NCBI RefSeq assembly: GCF_009914755.1
Contig: NC_060925.1
Length of the DNA: 64,000 nt
DNA from: the human T2T-CHM13v2.0 reference genome, Homo sapiens
Strand: one strand, 5' to 3'
Part shown: piece by piece, positions 1 to 12,982 of the stretch
Layout of the letters: every line of letters begins with the position of its first letter
Position numbering within the stretch: position 1 is the stretch's first letter
Notes under the pieces: generated by a model
The model's input: the letters and a program-made list of their open reading frames with translations, nothing else
What the model was told of the DNA's origin: nothing
Database searches by the model: none
Made by a program: the position numbers and the translations under genes

Positions 1-1162
1 TCCCCGTGTAAGCAATCCCCATTTTCTTTTCTTAAAGAAAAGCAAAAACAGATATGATCTCTTTACCATAGTGGGGGGAAAAGGATGTTTTAAAAGGTTT
101 TTATCAAGATCAAACTCTGCCATATAAAAGAAACGGAACACTCCTGTGCAGCAATTCTTTAAAAAAAAAATCTATTCTCATTTTTTTCCTTACTGTGATC
201 AAAGTAGATCCATAGCATGTGCAGTATACAGAAACTCAGTCCAGTTAATCCCACCAGGATTGATTCAAGGTTGTTTAATGCCAGGTACCCTTTTGACTTC
301 TTAAAACCAGGATGCCTTTTGGGGAAGGCATTTTGTATCATTTAAAATTGACATAATGAACATTAAGTATGATTGCAGTGAGGAGATGAGAAGAGTTTTC
401 CTTTCTAATTCTGTAATTACTCTCTCTAGCCAAAACCCCTTTTGGTCTGTTTCCAGTCTTCCCAGATCAGTTGATGGGGAAATATAGGGATGGGGGAGGG
501 AGTGGAAATACCGAGAAGGAGGGAAAGAGAGTGTGGATTATCGATAGCCAATAAATTCTATTCCACTTGTAATAGAAAAATATATAGCAATAAAAGAGAT
601 AACTCACTAATTGTTGATCGTGATTTTAAGTTTAAACCAGTTTTAAAAAATAATGTTTGATACATGGAAAGAAGACATATTGCAAACAATGGGATGACTG
701 CCCCCCACCCATTTATAGTTATAGGTTTAAAAAATATTGAAATAGGGTTTATTATCTAGATATGTGACTATCTTTTATTAAATATATCTCAAAATTCCAT
801 ATTTCCTCTGATTTTTGTCATCCATTTGAACACTGAAAACTATGGTCACTTTGATTCTGCTGTCTTTTCTTTGGTAACATACATTACATAAATTCTGTAG
901 TAAACAATTAGTGTTCAGGAAAATTCTAAAGATGAATGTGTCTCCTAAAACTTTGATAATCTCTTTAAGGAAAAAAAAACCTAACAGTTATGAATTAAAT
1001 TAGTCTAAAAATATAGCTTGAAGACAAATCAAACAATTTACCTGATCTTTTGTTTCAATATACATTAATTAAGCACTCTTTCCAACCTACACAACATTCC
1101 AGGGTCATAGTCAGATATTCAAGTCTAATAGTTCAGCAGCCTTTGTTGTCATTCGTGTCAAG

Positions 1163-1196
1163 CTATTGCCCCCTGCAGGTTAGGCTGAAAGTGCAG
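1163..1196 (-). promoter_or_regulatory. CTCF site (core plus upstream U-motif), minus orientation
   Basis: Minus strand reads CTGCACTTTC-agcctaa-CCTGCAGGGGGCAATAG. The core matches CCRSYAGRKGGCRS at 12/14 positions and the TGCA upstream module sits at the usual spacing. Confidence 0.6.
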
Positions 1197-3015
1197 GCAG
1201 AATTTGGCCAAGTCCTCAGGAAATTGATGGTACACAAGTTACTCAGTCTCTCCCAATATTTAACTAGAGTCAACTTTTTAAGTTTGCTTTCATTATGGTT
1301 TAAACTATTTATTTACAGATAGGTAGTACATTAAGAAAAATGCTCTTTAAAGATGTGACTTCAGTTTTTCTTCTGAGAATTTAGCTGCATTGAGTAAACC
1401 ATCCACTTTGTTGTGATACAAGGAGCATTTTGACACATTTAGTATAGTTTTCTTCATCTTCCCTTATCCTTATTCCATAAGATCCAGCAAAATTAAAAAA
1501 AAAACATATGTAACAGGATTGGAATTATGAATTCTCATAATAAATATATAGCCCTGGGCAATTTGATATCAGTATGCTTTTGGTAGACTCAATGAAGTGT
1601 GTGCAAATCAAACCATTTCAGATTCTCCCTGCTCCTGATATGATGAGGTCAATTACACCATTTATCTTGATTATAAAATTAAACATTATTTCAACCTCCA
1701 TATTCCTGCTATACTATCATCCTTTCCCACAATCAACTTTTCCAAATAGGGCACCTTGCCAAGATGAAATAAATTTATAATTGACAGAATAGAAATTAAA
1801 TTACATCAACTCTTTCACAATATTAGAAAGTGGAGCAAGTTTATAGAAACGACTTCAGAAGGTTTATGGAAAGATTCTTTTATTCTTTGGAAGTCAACGA
1901 TGTGGCTATTCACACTGAGTTGTAAAGAAACCAGCAATGGTATTTCCCTATTACATAAATATTCATCTCATTGAGCAGTGGGATATCATTATGTGAAATA
2001 TAATCAATTCTAACACCAAATTAGCAATCAATAAGAATCTTACCTAGTCAAATTATAGTATTATTTCAACATTGTATGAAAGTAGCTAGAAACATGAACC
2101 GCACTTTGTTTTTTTAAAGCTATTATGAAATGCTCAATAAAGACTTAAAGTTTACTGGCAAAACTTGGGTCTTTTTTGGAGGATTTTTTGTTACCCTAAC
2201 TACTGATATGTTTTCTGGATCCTCCAGAATGGACATATGGGATAGGAACTGAGGATAACTGTGTCATATTTTAAACAATATTAAAAACACAACAAGCCAA
2301 CACAAACTAAAAATAACCTGAATACTTATCTCTGTTTTATTACATTTTCAAAGCTTGTTAAATTTCAAGAGGACACTACATCTATACATTAAGAGCTTTG
2401 CATCTACAGTTCATTAACACTCCTGCTCCAAGTAAAGAGGGGATTTGGACTAGGTTGTGAGACTATTAATTGCACAAATATGTTGTAGTCAGAGCAGTGA
2501 CTGGTTGCCTGCAGCAGCCATTTCTAGTTGTCTTTGAGTATGCGTCTTTTTTTTAAAAAAGTCATCTCCTCTTCAAAGTCATATCTCACATATATATGAT
2601 TATACTTGATTGTGTGTACTGAAGCACATTGCTATTGAGTCAGAAATTTTCAAGTATCTTGATTCAAATGACTGTCAAATACCTAAGAACAGAGTTGCTT
2701 TTAATTAGCATGCAGAAAAGAGAGATGATATTTGACCTGTGAGTCTTAATCAAGGGGAATATTTTTAAGTTCTCCCATAAACGATGTAGCAGATTGCTTG
2801 CAAGTGCCTTGAAAAACATAGTCCTACTTCTCCTCCTACTATCATTACTATTGTTCTAACAATTTCTAAAGGATCAGAACAGAGTTCTAGAAACCCTGTA
2901 ATGCTGTTATTGCCCGGAATCCTGGGTTATTAAACATTCTTATCCGCAGAAGCAAAGGACCATCCAATCCTATTCATATGCATCCTATGACTCAACTCAG
3001 TTTCCACTTGGCGGG

Positions 3016-3016
<1 letters not shown>

Positions 3017-3072
<56 letters not shown>

Positions 3073-3105
3073 TGAGAGAGAGAGAGAGTGAGAGAGAGAG
3101 AGAGA
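3017..3105 (+). repeat. Compound microsatellite (TG)11(AG)15 plus interrupted AG
   Basis: Read directly from the sequence. Confidence 0.97.
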
Positions 3106-3353
3106 GTTCATCCTGAAAGCGCTTATGTTTCCAGAGGTTTTCAAATGCAAATGGAGTGGGAGTGGTGGTGGCCGTGATGGAGCGTACTGTGTGGGTGTAG
3201 GGGGATTTGGGGAGAGGGTGTCGTGGGCAGTAAGTTTAAACAAATTCAAGGCCATTACTACCACTGCAGACCAAAATAACTTAGGTCTGAGAGACCCCCT
3301 TAGAAAGATACAATGCCTTCCTCATCTAAAGGGAGCTAATACCAGAGTGATCT

Positions 3354-4335
3354 CGGCGCTCGCGCAGTTTTGAGAGAGGGTCCCGAAAACCGCCGGAGGC
3401 CAGGTGTCGCGGACGGGCCCCGGGCTAAACTCTCGTCTGGCGAAGTGAAGAGCGCAAAGTCTCCAGGCCCAGCGCGCCTTCGCGGGGCAGGCCGGACACC
3501 CTAGCCCCGGGCCGGGCTCGCTCTTCTCTGAAGCCCTGGAGCGGGCAAGGGGCACCATTCTGGCCACAGGAACTCTAGTTTCAGCAGCCGCAGCCCGCCA
3601 GCGCTGGCTCGGACCGGGGCCTCCTCTGGGAGAGTAGGAGAGCGAAAAAATCAACCACCACCTTGGATTTCAGATCGAGGAAAGGAAGCCAAAGCAAAGG
3701 TGTGGTTACACAGGACATCCATAGACAAATCGTTGCCTCTCTAAGTGGGCCTGAGCTTTGCGGCTCCAGAAGCGCGAGGCGCGGTTGGTGCGGACGCGGG
3801 GGCGTGGGAGTCATCGCTCTCCCCGCAGCCCTGGCCGAGCTCTCTGCTGTCCTCCCGAGTTTGGGCCAGAGACCACGGCTCACTCCCTAACGCCCTCGCA
3901 AGGACGGCTGCCCGTCGGGCCAAGGGCGCCCCGGGCTGGAGGCCGGAGCAAGACGGCCCCGCGGGACTCGGGAGCCTTGGTAAGGCGGAGGCTCAGACCC
4001 CGTTCACGAAAACGCCTGGCTCCTCCAGGATTTGTCAGGTCTTAAGCAGCTCCGAGAAGGCTCCGCTGGCTCTTGGGGAACCCCGCTGTGCGGCTCACCC
4101 CCGTTTGTCTCTCTCAAGCTCTCGCCCTCCTCCCCTGGTCCTCCCTTCTCCAGATCCCCTGCCCTGCCCGAGGTCCGGGCCGCGCGGGCTGAGCCCAATA
4201 CGCCCGGAGAAGAGCGCCGGAGCCCCCTGCTGGCCGGACGCGGCAGGCGCGGCGGCCCGCTCGGTCCCCTCCGCCCCGCGGGCTCTGCCCAGCCCGGACC
4301 CGCCTCCACCCTCCAGTGCCCTGGCGCTGGGGGCG
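3354..4335. promoter_or_regulatory. CpG island / probable (possibly bidirectional) promoter of non-coding transcript(s)
   Basis: Abrupt switch to very GC-rich, CpG-dense sequence (e.g. ctcggcgctcgcgc at 3352, ggacgcggcaggcgcggcggcccgc at 4236) in an otherwise CpG-depleted AT-rich window; GC-box-like motifs; octamer ATGCAAAT at 3145-3152 just upstream. Confidence 0.92.
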
Positions 4336-4408
4336 TGCTAAAAGCAACAGAAAACAAAACAAAAACAAACAAAGCGCCAAACCCCACTCTCACCTCTTCT
4401 ACTGGTCA

Positions 4409-4417
4409 AAGGTAAGT
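4409..4417 (+). other. Consensus 5' splice donor ending a putative non-coding first exon at 4411
   Basis: CAAAG|GTAAGT, a full U1 consensus, lies at the 3' edge of the CpG island, which is the typical first-exon position. Transcription itself is inferred. Confidence 0.6.
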
Positions 4418-4552
4418 GTGAGTTCAGCCTCTCCCTCGTGCGTCTCTGACCCTTCTCTGGTTCTCTGGGCTGAGGTCTGAAGGAGCCAAAAGGGGCCCCC
4501 CTGAAAAAGAAATTATGGCCGCTTTTTAGAATATGTTTTCCAAGCATCAAAA

Positions 4553-4584
<32 letters not shown>

Positions 4585-4610
4585 ATATATACACACACAC
4601 ACGCACACAC
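4553..4610 (+). repeat. Compound microsatellite (TC)9(AC)6(AT)4(AC)n
   Basis: Read directly from the sequence. Confidence 0.95.
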
Positions 4611-5599
4611 TTCAAACCCACACTTGCCAGTCTGGAAGAGCACTACCGATGTGCATGTTTCTGGAAGCATTTCCTTAGCTATTGGAGGAAATGTTTACTA
4701 ATATTTCAGGTTGTAGACACCAATAATTATTCTGTGAATTGGGGAGAGGGAGGGTAAAGGAAGACAGATTCCTCTTAATTTAACCCTTCCTCCCGTATCT
4801 GAGTGTGAATCCTACTTTCAGTCCCAAGTCCTAGCATGGGCCGAAAAGTTTTCATTCTTATACTGAGGAGGAGAGAGAGAGAGTTATCCATTTCTGCGAG
4901 GTTTCCTGTGTTCCCACCCCTCACTATGGAACTGGGGAAGTGATTGTTTTGTTTATCTAGACAATTCATGACTTAGTTTTGTATGGCGTTTTGAAACTAG
5001 TTTAACCTTGAAATAGGCTATATGCTTTGAGTGGTACAGTGAAATAGGCTGTGTGCTTCTCTGTTCTCAGGAAAAGGTTGTTAGAAATCACAATGTTTCT
5101 TTCTATTCAGGCAGCCTTGAGTTAGAGATGGGCATAGTATGCTATGATTATTGTGACTTTTAGTAAAGTCTGTTGCCTCTGGATGTTTACTGTCTTTGGA
5201 GAATGATAGTTTTTTAAGAAAAAAATTCAAAAGCTTAGGCAAAAAATAAGTATAGATAGGTCTAGTAAGTGATCAGTACTATTAATATTTGCTTCTACTT
5301 TCTTCACACACTCTTCTGGGGAAAGAAGCCAAAGGACTTTTTTTTTACTGTCCCCGGAATTAGTTTGTTCTATCTAGGCAGGATCCACGAGACAATCTTT
5401 TAAAATGGCGTCTGTTTTCTTATTTGGTATTTTCAGGTGGATGGCAGAATCTTTGAACTGCTAATAAGTAAGGGGATGGGGCTGAAATGAAGAGGGATCT
5501 GGTATCTTTCCTCTGTGTTCATCAATCCAGGAGATCTGAACAGGTCGTAAAGAGTTGCAGCTCCTCCTGAGGATAAAATCGCAATTATAACAATAAAAA

Positions 5600-5830
5600 C
5601 TAACATGTGTTGAGTGCTTATTCGTTGCCAGGTGCTGTGTTGCAACCTTTATCGTCATTTTCTCATTTAATTTCCACTGCAATCCTGTGGATTAGGTACT
5701 ACGATAGTTTCTCATTTTACAGAGAAGGAAAGTAAGGATTGGGAAGATTTATTTACTTGACCAAGGTTATAACAGTTGGTAAGCAGAAGAGCAAGGATCT
5801 GAAAGCAGGCAGTAAAAGAGATATCTTGAG
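5600..5830 (-). mobile_element. MIR SINE fragment
   Basis: MIR core-like text ttgagtgcttattcgttgccagg...ctcattttacagagaaggaaagtaagg...acttgaccaaggttataacag. Similar MIR fragments near 6000, 7130, 11650, 22150, 22540, 25550, 28850, 29600, 38950, 40720, 48880, 50080, 50880, 51360, 52830, 61420, 62730. Confidence 0.7.
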
Positions 5831-8800
5831 AACTCAGGTTTATTGTATTGGATTCAGACTGGTAGTAACTAAGCTAATATTTCAGGTCTCAGTCTTGTTT
5901 TTCATAAAGAAAAGAAGAAAATATTTTCTTTTCCTGGAATGAAAGCATTTGATCAAAGGGAGATATTTGCTTTTTAAAATGTTTGTTATGAACTCCCTAC
6001 CCCCATTTCGCAGATGAGAAAACTGAGAGAATGAATCCATTTAGCTACCATAGCAAAGTGCATAGCCAGGCCTTAAAACCAGAGTTGCAGATCCAGGTTC
6101 TATATCCATTCCAGTTAACCATACTGCTGAAACACAAAAAGATCCTTGGTTTTTCTGAAAATGCTAAGCAGTAGATCATTAACAGCCCGAATCCCATATT
6201 TCTCAGTGAGGAAGCTTTCTTTCACCTTAATTGTGAATACCTTTTTATACTGAAAGGATGCAAATGTGGAAATAGGGCTATTCTCAGTGGTGAATTAAAT
6301 GACAAAAATGGCAAAAGACTAAAATAACTACATCAGCTTTGCTTGAAAAGCAGTTAAAGCAGTTAAAAAGATATCTGAAAGGCTCGTCTCAGTACCAATT
6401 TAGTCTTCTCCACCCCCCAAGACCCATCCTACCCTACTCCAGGAAAGCCATTCCACATTACATTTATTTCTGCTAGCTTTTGTTCACAAAGGAGTTTAAC
6501 ACTAACAAGATTTTGGTGCTTTTCATCTCCATTCATATATTTCTTCTTTGCAACGGTGAATGGTTACAGTAAAAATGTCAAAACAAACCTCTGGAATGAA
6601 CACTTTAACAGAAAAAAATATATACAATATTAATTGACCAAAGATTTTTGACTGGCATTCACATTTTAAGACACACTTATGATGTACTGAAGTAAATTGT
6701 GGAAATTGATTTACCCTTTATGTTAAAGGTAGTTCAGGTCCAGAATATGTTTCAAAAAACGATTTTAGGGTTCCTCCATTTTCAGTAAGGCTCAAAGTAT
6801 CAGAGAAAACCAGATGAACTGCCTTAAGTCACTGATTGGGCTGCAGCCCATGTCTTAGCTTTCTGGGTCATTTGTGTGCAAATTATTTGGCCACATGGCC
6901 TCCTGTCATGCTGGGGATCTGCGATTTTTCCAAAGGTTTAATTTACTTAAATATGATTGTTATTGTCAAGTTGGGATTTTTTTTTCTTCTCACCTCTCAT
7001 TAAAACCCTTAGTATCAATATCAGTTTTGAACTATTATGTTATATAATGAAGCTTGCTTGTCTGTGTGAATTTATACCATAAATGCGTTCACAGATTTTT
7101 AGACCCGAAGAAGGGCTTTTTGAAATGATCTAGTCTAACCCTGTTATTTTACTGATGAATAAGTTGATGTCCTGAGAGGTAATACAGAATTCTCAAGGTC
7201 ACCCATCTAGTAAGAGGAAGAATGGGAACTGGAACCCAGATTTTCTGTATTCAAGCTCTAAGACCCATGCATTCTCACAGCATCACGTCCCTACTTCTTT
7301 CATTGTGAGAGATTCAGTCACTCATTCAACAACTAGTTATTGTCATGAACTTGGCAACTGTTCTAGGCATTAGGAATTCAACAGAGGGAAAAATAAAACA
7401 ATCCTGAAAAAAGGCCTTCATTTGTTGAAACATATTCTGGTGGTGGAGTGGGACAGAATCAAATGGCAGTCTTAACAGTGGCTATAAAGACATTTTATAA
7501 AGACATTTTTCTTAAAAATTACCTTTAATAGGTTATAAAATTCAAAGCAGACAAAAATATGCTGATATTCTTCTGCTTTTTCTGTTAAAGAAATTTGAGG
7601 AACTTATAATGAAACCAAGTAATGAATCACTAAATAATGAAATCGCCAAATAATGAAATCACCAACTGGAAATTAGAAGTAAATGGTCATAGCAAACCCT
7701 AACCAGGTAAGTAGAGCCCTCTCAGATGATCCATCCATGGACCAAGGAAGACTGTTTCCCAGAGTCTTCACAGGGTCTTTCTGTGAATTGGGGATTAAAT
7801 GCCTTTGAGAAAACATAGACTTGTACAGGAGCTGGGATAAAGATATAAAAAAGAGATCGAAGAGGAAATTATTTAACAAGATGTTTGACATATTTTCAAA
7901 TGTATATTAGACTGTCCTAGCAGATGAACCAAAGAGCAAGAGAGCACTATCTTGAGTTTAAGGCAGAAGCTTCAAGGCTTACTATAATTGGTTTTTGTGA
8001 TTAACTCAACTTTTCCCTTTTAGAATATGATATACGGTAGTCTTCCCTCATCAATGGAATAATTGGTGAGGGAAAGGTATAAATAATTCAATTCTGTAAA
8101 ATCTTGGGTTTTGTGATTGTGAGATGCATTAAAAACGGTGTTTTTTAAGAAAATAGAACTGGTTATTACAAAGAGAACATACACTGGGCATTGAAATGAA
8201 AAATTATCAAATGAATAGGATGTAGTAACTTCCTTAAAACTGCCACTTTCCTCACAAGAATTTTTGCCTATCAAGGTTTGGACCAATTGCCAATTGTCTT
8301 ATATCCATATTTGCCACTTGAGAGGAGCACTTTTTTTTCCTAGTGTTTTACTGTATTTGACTTGGCAATGAAATGAAGCTCCCTCTCGGCAAATATACAG
8401 AATGAAACTTTTGTTAATTTGGGACAGGGGAGAGGAGGGTTTTGTCTGATATTACAAGGGGGAAAAGTGCATTTACTCCACTGAAGTTTCTTTTGTACTG
8501 TTTTCTGCCAGTTTAATTTTTATTTTCTTTGGAGTTCTGATGATATATTAATGTAACAGATATAGTTTATAATATAATGTGTTAATAGTATAATAGTTTG
8601 GCTATTTCATATTTTAGTATTTTACATGTTAGTCATGTAACACAAAACATGTAGGCAGGACTGGTTGAAAGAAACTATTAGATGATTACTACATAGCGAG
8701 GGCCACCCAAGTCCAATTCACTGCATGTGAACTGTTGAAGAAGTTTTGCAGAATTTCTCTTTCATGTTGTCAGATGTCATGTGGTGGTATCAACCAGGTA

Positions 8801-9844
8801 AATGATTAAGTTGGATTCTCTGGAGAGTCACTGGTATATTTCCTGCCTCCAAGCATATCTGAAACCAAGCTACAACTATAGGAAGTGTTGAATTGCAGAA
8901 ATGTGGTCGAATTGTTATCTCTACTACCTGTATTATGGAGATTAGAAGTTGTAAGTAAAGAAGTCTGGGTCTTTTTCAACTTTTTTTTGCCCTGAGGCCG
9001 GCTGAAGAACTAATAGCATCCTCTCCCACCATGGTCACTGAAAAAAGTAGCAAATCTTAAATAAAGGAAAACATGAGATCTGAGATCTTTTCGATCTGCC
9101 TTAAGATTGGACAGAGTTTACGGAATAATTATGTTGAAGCTCCCAAATAATGTGAATGAGGTTATCTTTCTGAAGGGGTGAAAGGGTCTTTGTGACCCAC
9201 ATTCCTTTTGGAGCTAACCTGCTAAAAAAAGAAAAGCAGACAGACAGAAAGAGGAAAACAAATCCTATTTGAGATGGAGGTTGAGTGACAAGAGAAACTT
9301 TTAGCCTTCAGGTATGTTTGCTCTGCACCAGGTACATAATAATATGGTTTTTGGATCTTTGAATCCATACTTAGCTAGGCATTAAATTCTAGGAATAATC
9401 TGTTTATGGAAAATAAAGCCATTTCTATTTGAAAACAAATGGAACAAAATAATTATTTTTCCCCAAATGTGTACCCTTTTAATTGATCAAATGCATCCAG
9501 GAAATTCTGCTGGCAATTTGAACACTGTAGGTGTTGTTGCAGCTCTAAATTTGTCTGCAAGAGGAATTGTAAGTGGTATTTACCTTTTAATTAAACAAAG
9601 CATCTTGCAAATTAAACACATGTTCTTGCACATCAAAATTTAGTTAACATCCTTTTCATTGTTCATCCTGCTGACACTCTGACAGCATCGTGAGTCCACA
9701 CACAATATAGAGTCATGCTGCTCCCCCCTTCCCTGCACTTTGCATTCCTCAGAGTAGATGATATCACATGCTAGAGTACCCTCTGTAACTGACTTCTAAT
9801 AACTGAGCAGCTTTTCCCATTTAATATACTTAATATTGTGTAAA

Positions 9845-10005
9845 ATATGGGACTGCATTGGTGTGTCCAGAACCTGGAAAGCTTTGGACACTGATCTGAC
9901 ATATGTCTTATAATCTTACACTGAAAATTTGACAGTGAATGACAGAACACCTTAGAGGAATATAAGAAACTGATAAAGGCAGAAGCACTGCACGTGAATG
10001 CAGAG
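9845..10005 (+). mobile_element. Possible ancient CR1/L3 LINE RT-region fragment
   Basis: gaacctggaaagctttggacactg resembles the CR1 RT 'KAFDTV' region; highly degraded. Confidence 0.35.
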
Positions 10006-12182
10006 TATGGTTTCTAATAGCTACATACTTTTTTACATGCATACCAGTAATTTGACATTTATAATTCACGGTGGAGCTGAATTTCTGTCATTTTCTTACT
10101 GTCAAGTCCTCCACATTTTGAAATAAATGTCCCTTCTAATTATTATACGAATTTGAACTCCAACATTCAATTTTTTCCCCTGTCCCTTATAATGGAGTAC
10201 TACATTTAGCTGAAGTCTGATTTGCAAGACCAGTTAGGAAGTGTGATCATTTCAAACGTATTCCCACAAACTATACATGGGAACCCCTTTCTTGATTGTA
10301 GTCTGTCTTACTTATAAAAGTACAGTTTAAAACCCATCTATCAGTACTATTTCTAAGAAAATAAGGTTGCTAATGGCAGAATGAAACTGAGATAATTGGG
10401 ATATGGTCTTAATGGAACAAAAGTCAGAGAGAGGTTTTTCAATAAAGCAAAATTGTCGTTAACGACTGTCATTCAGTTGCACCGGTGCTCATTAATCTCT
10501 TTTATTTCTGTTTATTTACGGTTTATATAATTGAAATAAAGTCATTTGCTTAGAACATTGCCAAAGGAGAAATGTTTCCTGCTTTGAAAAGAGACAACTC
10601 AGAATAATAGTTAAATAAAATCCAGGGTGAAATGAAGTCTTCCTTAGCATTATGGTACCTCTGAGATTTTCCTTTTAAAAGTTGAGGGATTATTTTCACT
10701 GTTAGTGTTTACTTTTAAGGTTCAGGCAGCTAGCATGTTGAAGAGATGCTACTCATGTCAGAAATTGCTTTGAGGCACAGAAATGATTGGTATGGATATG
10801 GGTGGAAGAGAGGGAGGGCAGCCCTTTAGTGTCATCTGAAAAAAGCTTTCGTTCAAAAAAATAAAATACCTCATCCTAACCAAACTTTAAAAAACAGAAG
10901 TAAATGATAAAAGTACACTTTTTGAAAATACTGACTTTTATGTTTTAAATAGGTATTTAATTATTTTCAGTGGGATGATTGTTGTTTGTTGATTAAAATA
11001 AGCTTTTATGCAAAAAAATAGGATGTCCCTTTTTGATTTCAAAAAATGAACAGAATGTGGATGATGAACACACAAATAGGACTTAGAATCATCAAACTAA
11101 TTTCCCTAGATTTAGATAAGACCAAAGATTAGAGACTTTGGTTAGTCACTAAATTTTAAAATATTATTTGCATTTATACCAGCATAACTTCTGTTGCCTT
11201 GTTTAAACATTTCACAATTTAACTGGATACAATTTTCCAACTATATAGAAAATCTATGCCAGCCAACAAGTTTCAGAAATATCGATTGGAATTTTCACTG
11301 ATGTGTAAAATGTGCCTGAACTCTAGATGTAAGATTTTCCTTTTGAAAAAAAAATTTGAAGTTTGATATTGATCCTTGTGCCACTTGGTTTTCTCTAGGC
11401 TTATACAAGATAAAGCAATGATTAAACTCTTTGTAGAACCATCCAATGTGTATAATTTTTACAGTTGATATGTAAGACTTCTTTTAGAGTAATTTTTATG
11501 ATATATTTAATAATGTGATCCCAAGATATTTTGTATATCAATTTCCAGAAAGATAAATGAGAATGTTTTTTAAAAATAAGCAGAACTTTCATCATTGCTG
11601 ACAAAATGGCTGGTGCCTCTTTAGTTCTTGCTAAATGCCAGTCACTGTGCTGAATATAGGACACATCTTATCCCGTTGCATCTTACAGCAACCCCACATG
11701 AAATTACTCTGAGAGAACTAAGACTACAGAGACTGAAATGCCTTGTTCAAAGTCTCCCATCTAGTAAAAAAAAGTAGAGACTGGTTTCAAATCAAGTTCT
11801 GATTTATGAGGGAAGGCTCTTATATACAACGCAGTGTGGCTTTTTCACAATTCTCATTTATGGAACACTTACCATGTGTCAGATGCTGTACTTAATACTT
11901 TACAGGTTGAAAATGTATCTTGTTTAGCACCAAATCTAAATCATAGATCTAAGACAAAGATTTTGACTAAAAGGCACTTCTGAGCTTAGGCTAAGTGTAG
12001 AAGTGGAAGGGTGTACAGGTAGGTTCAACCTAAAATGAAACAGCAAAGTGGGCCAATGTGTCATCAACTCCTTTTCCTATCTACTTCCATTCTTTTCCTC
12101 AAGTTTGCTTCTCATTTCTATAGAACCAACTCATGGAAGAAGGGACTCCTGGCAAAATTTGTGTCTGACTAGGCATGTCTGA

Positions 12183-12539
<357 letters not shown>

Positions 12540-12894
12540 TCATTCCTTCATTTTAAAGTATGCAAGTGATGTGAGGAACAGAGAAAATCCTATAAATTAC
12601 ATAGTTCAAGGATGGGAAATTGGAAGCCCTCCAAATTGGGCTCACATATGTGGTTCCCCCCCACCAATATATTATATTTCAAAAAATTGAATTTGAATGC
12701 CTTTAGCTGGGGCATAGAGTATCCAGTACAGCATGATCCCTCACCACTCTTAGCAATTCTCATCCTCGTTTCACATATTCTCCACTTGGTTCTTAAAATC
12801 ATCTGGAGTTCATGACTATGTTGGAGATATCCCAATACTGAAAGTTTTTGAGAAGGTTAACTCAGAATAAGATTATTTCTCCAAGTCAATGCTG

Positions 12895-12982
12895 TCTTTT
12901 TCTTTTCAATGCCTAGTTCAGTGCTTGGTGGATAGGAAGCTCAATAACTAGTTATTGAATGAATGAATGAATGAATGAATGA
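12895..12982 (+). mobile_element. L2 3' end with expanded (GAAT)n tail
   Basis: gcctagttcagtgcttggtggataggaagctcaataactagttattgaatgaatgaatg... Confidence 0.7.

Noticed and set aside
4311-4337. CTCF-like motif at the island's 3' end
   Set aside because: gcgctgggggcg is one base short of the core spacing and lacks the AG; it fits a GC-box/EGR-type site better.
3322-4550. Overlapping long ORFs on both strands (up to 198 aa at 3745..4341)
   Set aside because: Stop-codon scarcity in a GC-rich island. The products are Pro/Ala/Arg/Gly low-complexity, several start at non-ATG codons, and none has a recognisable domain.
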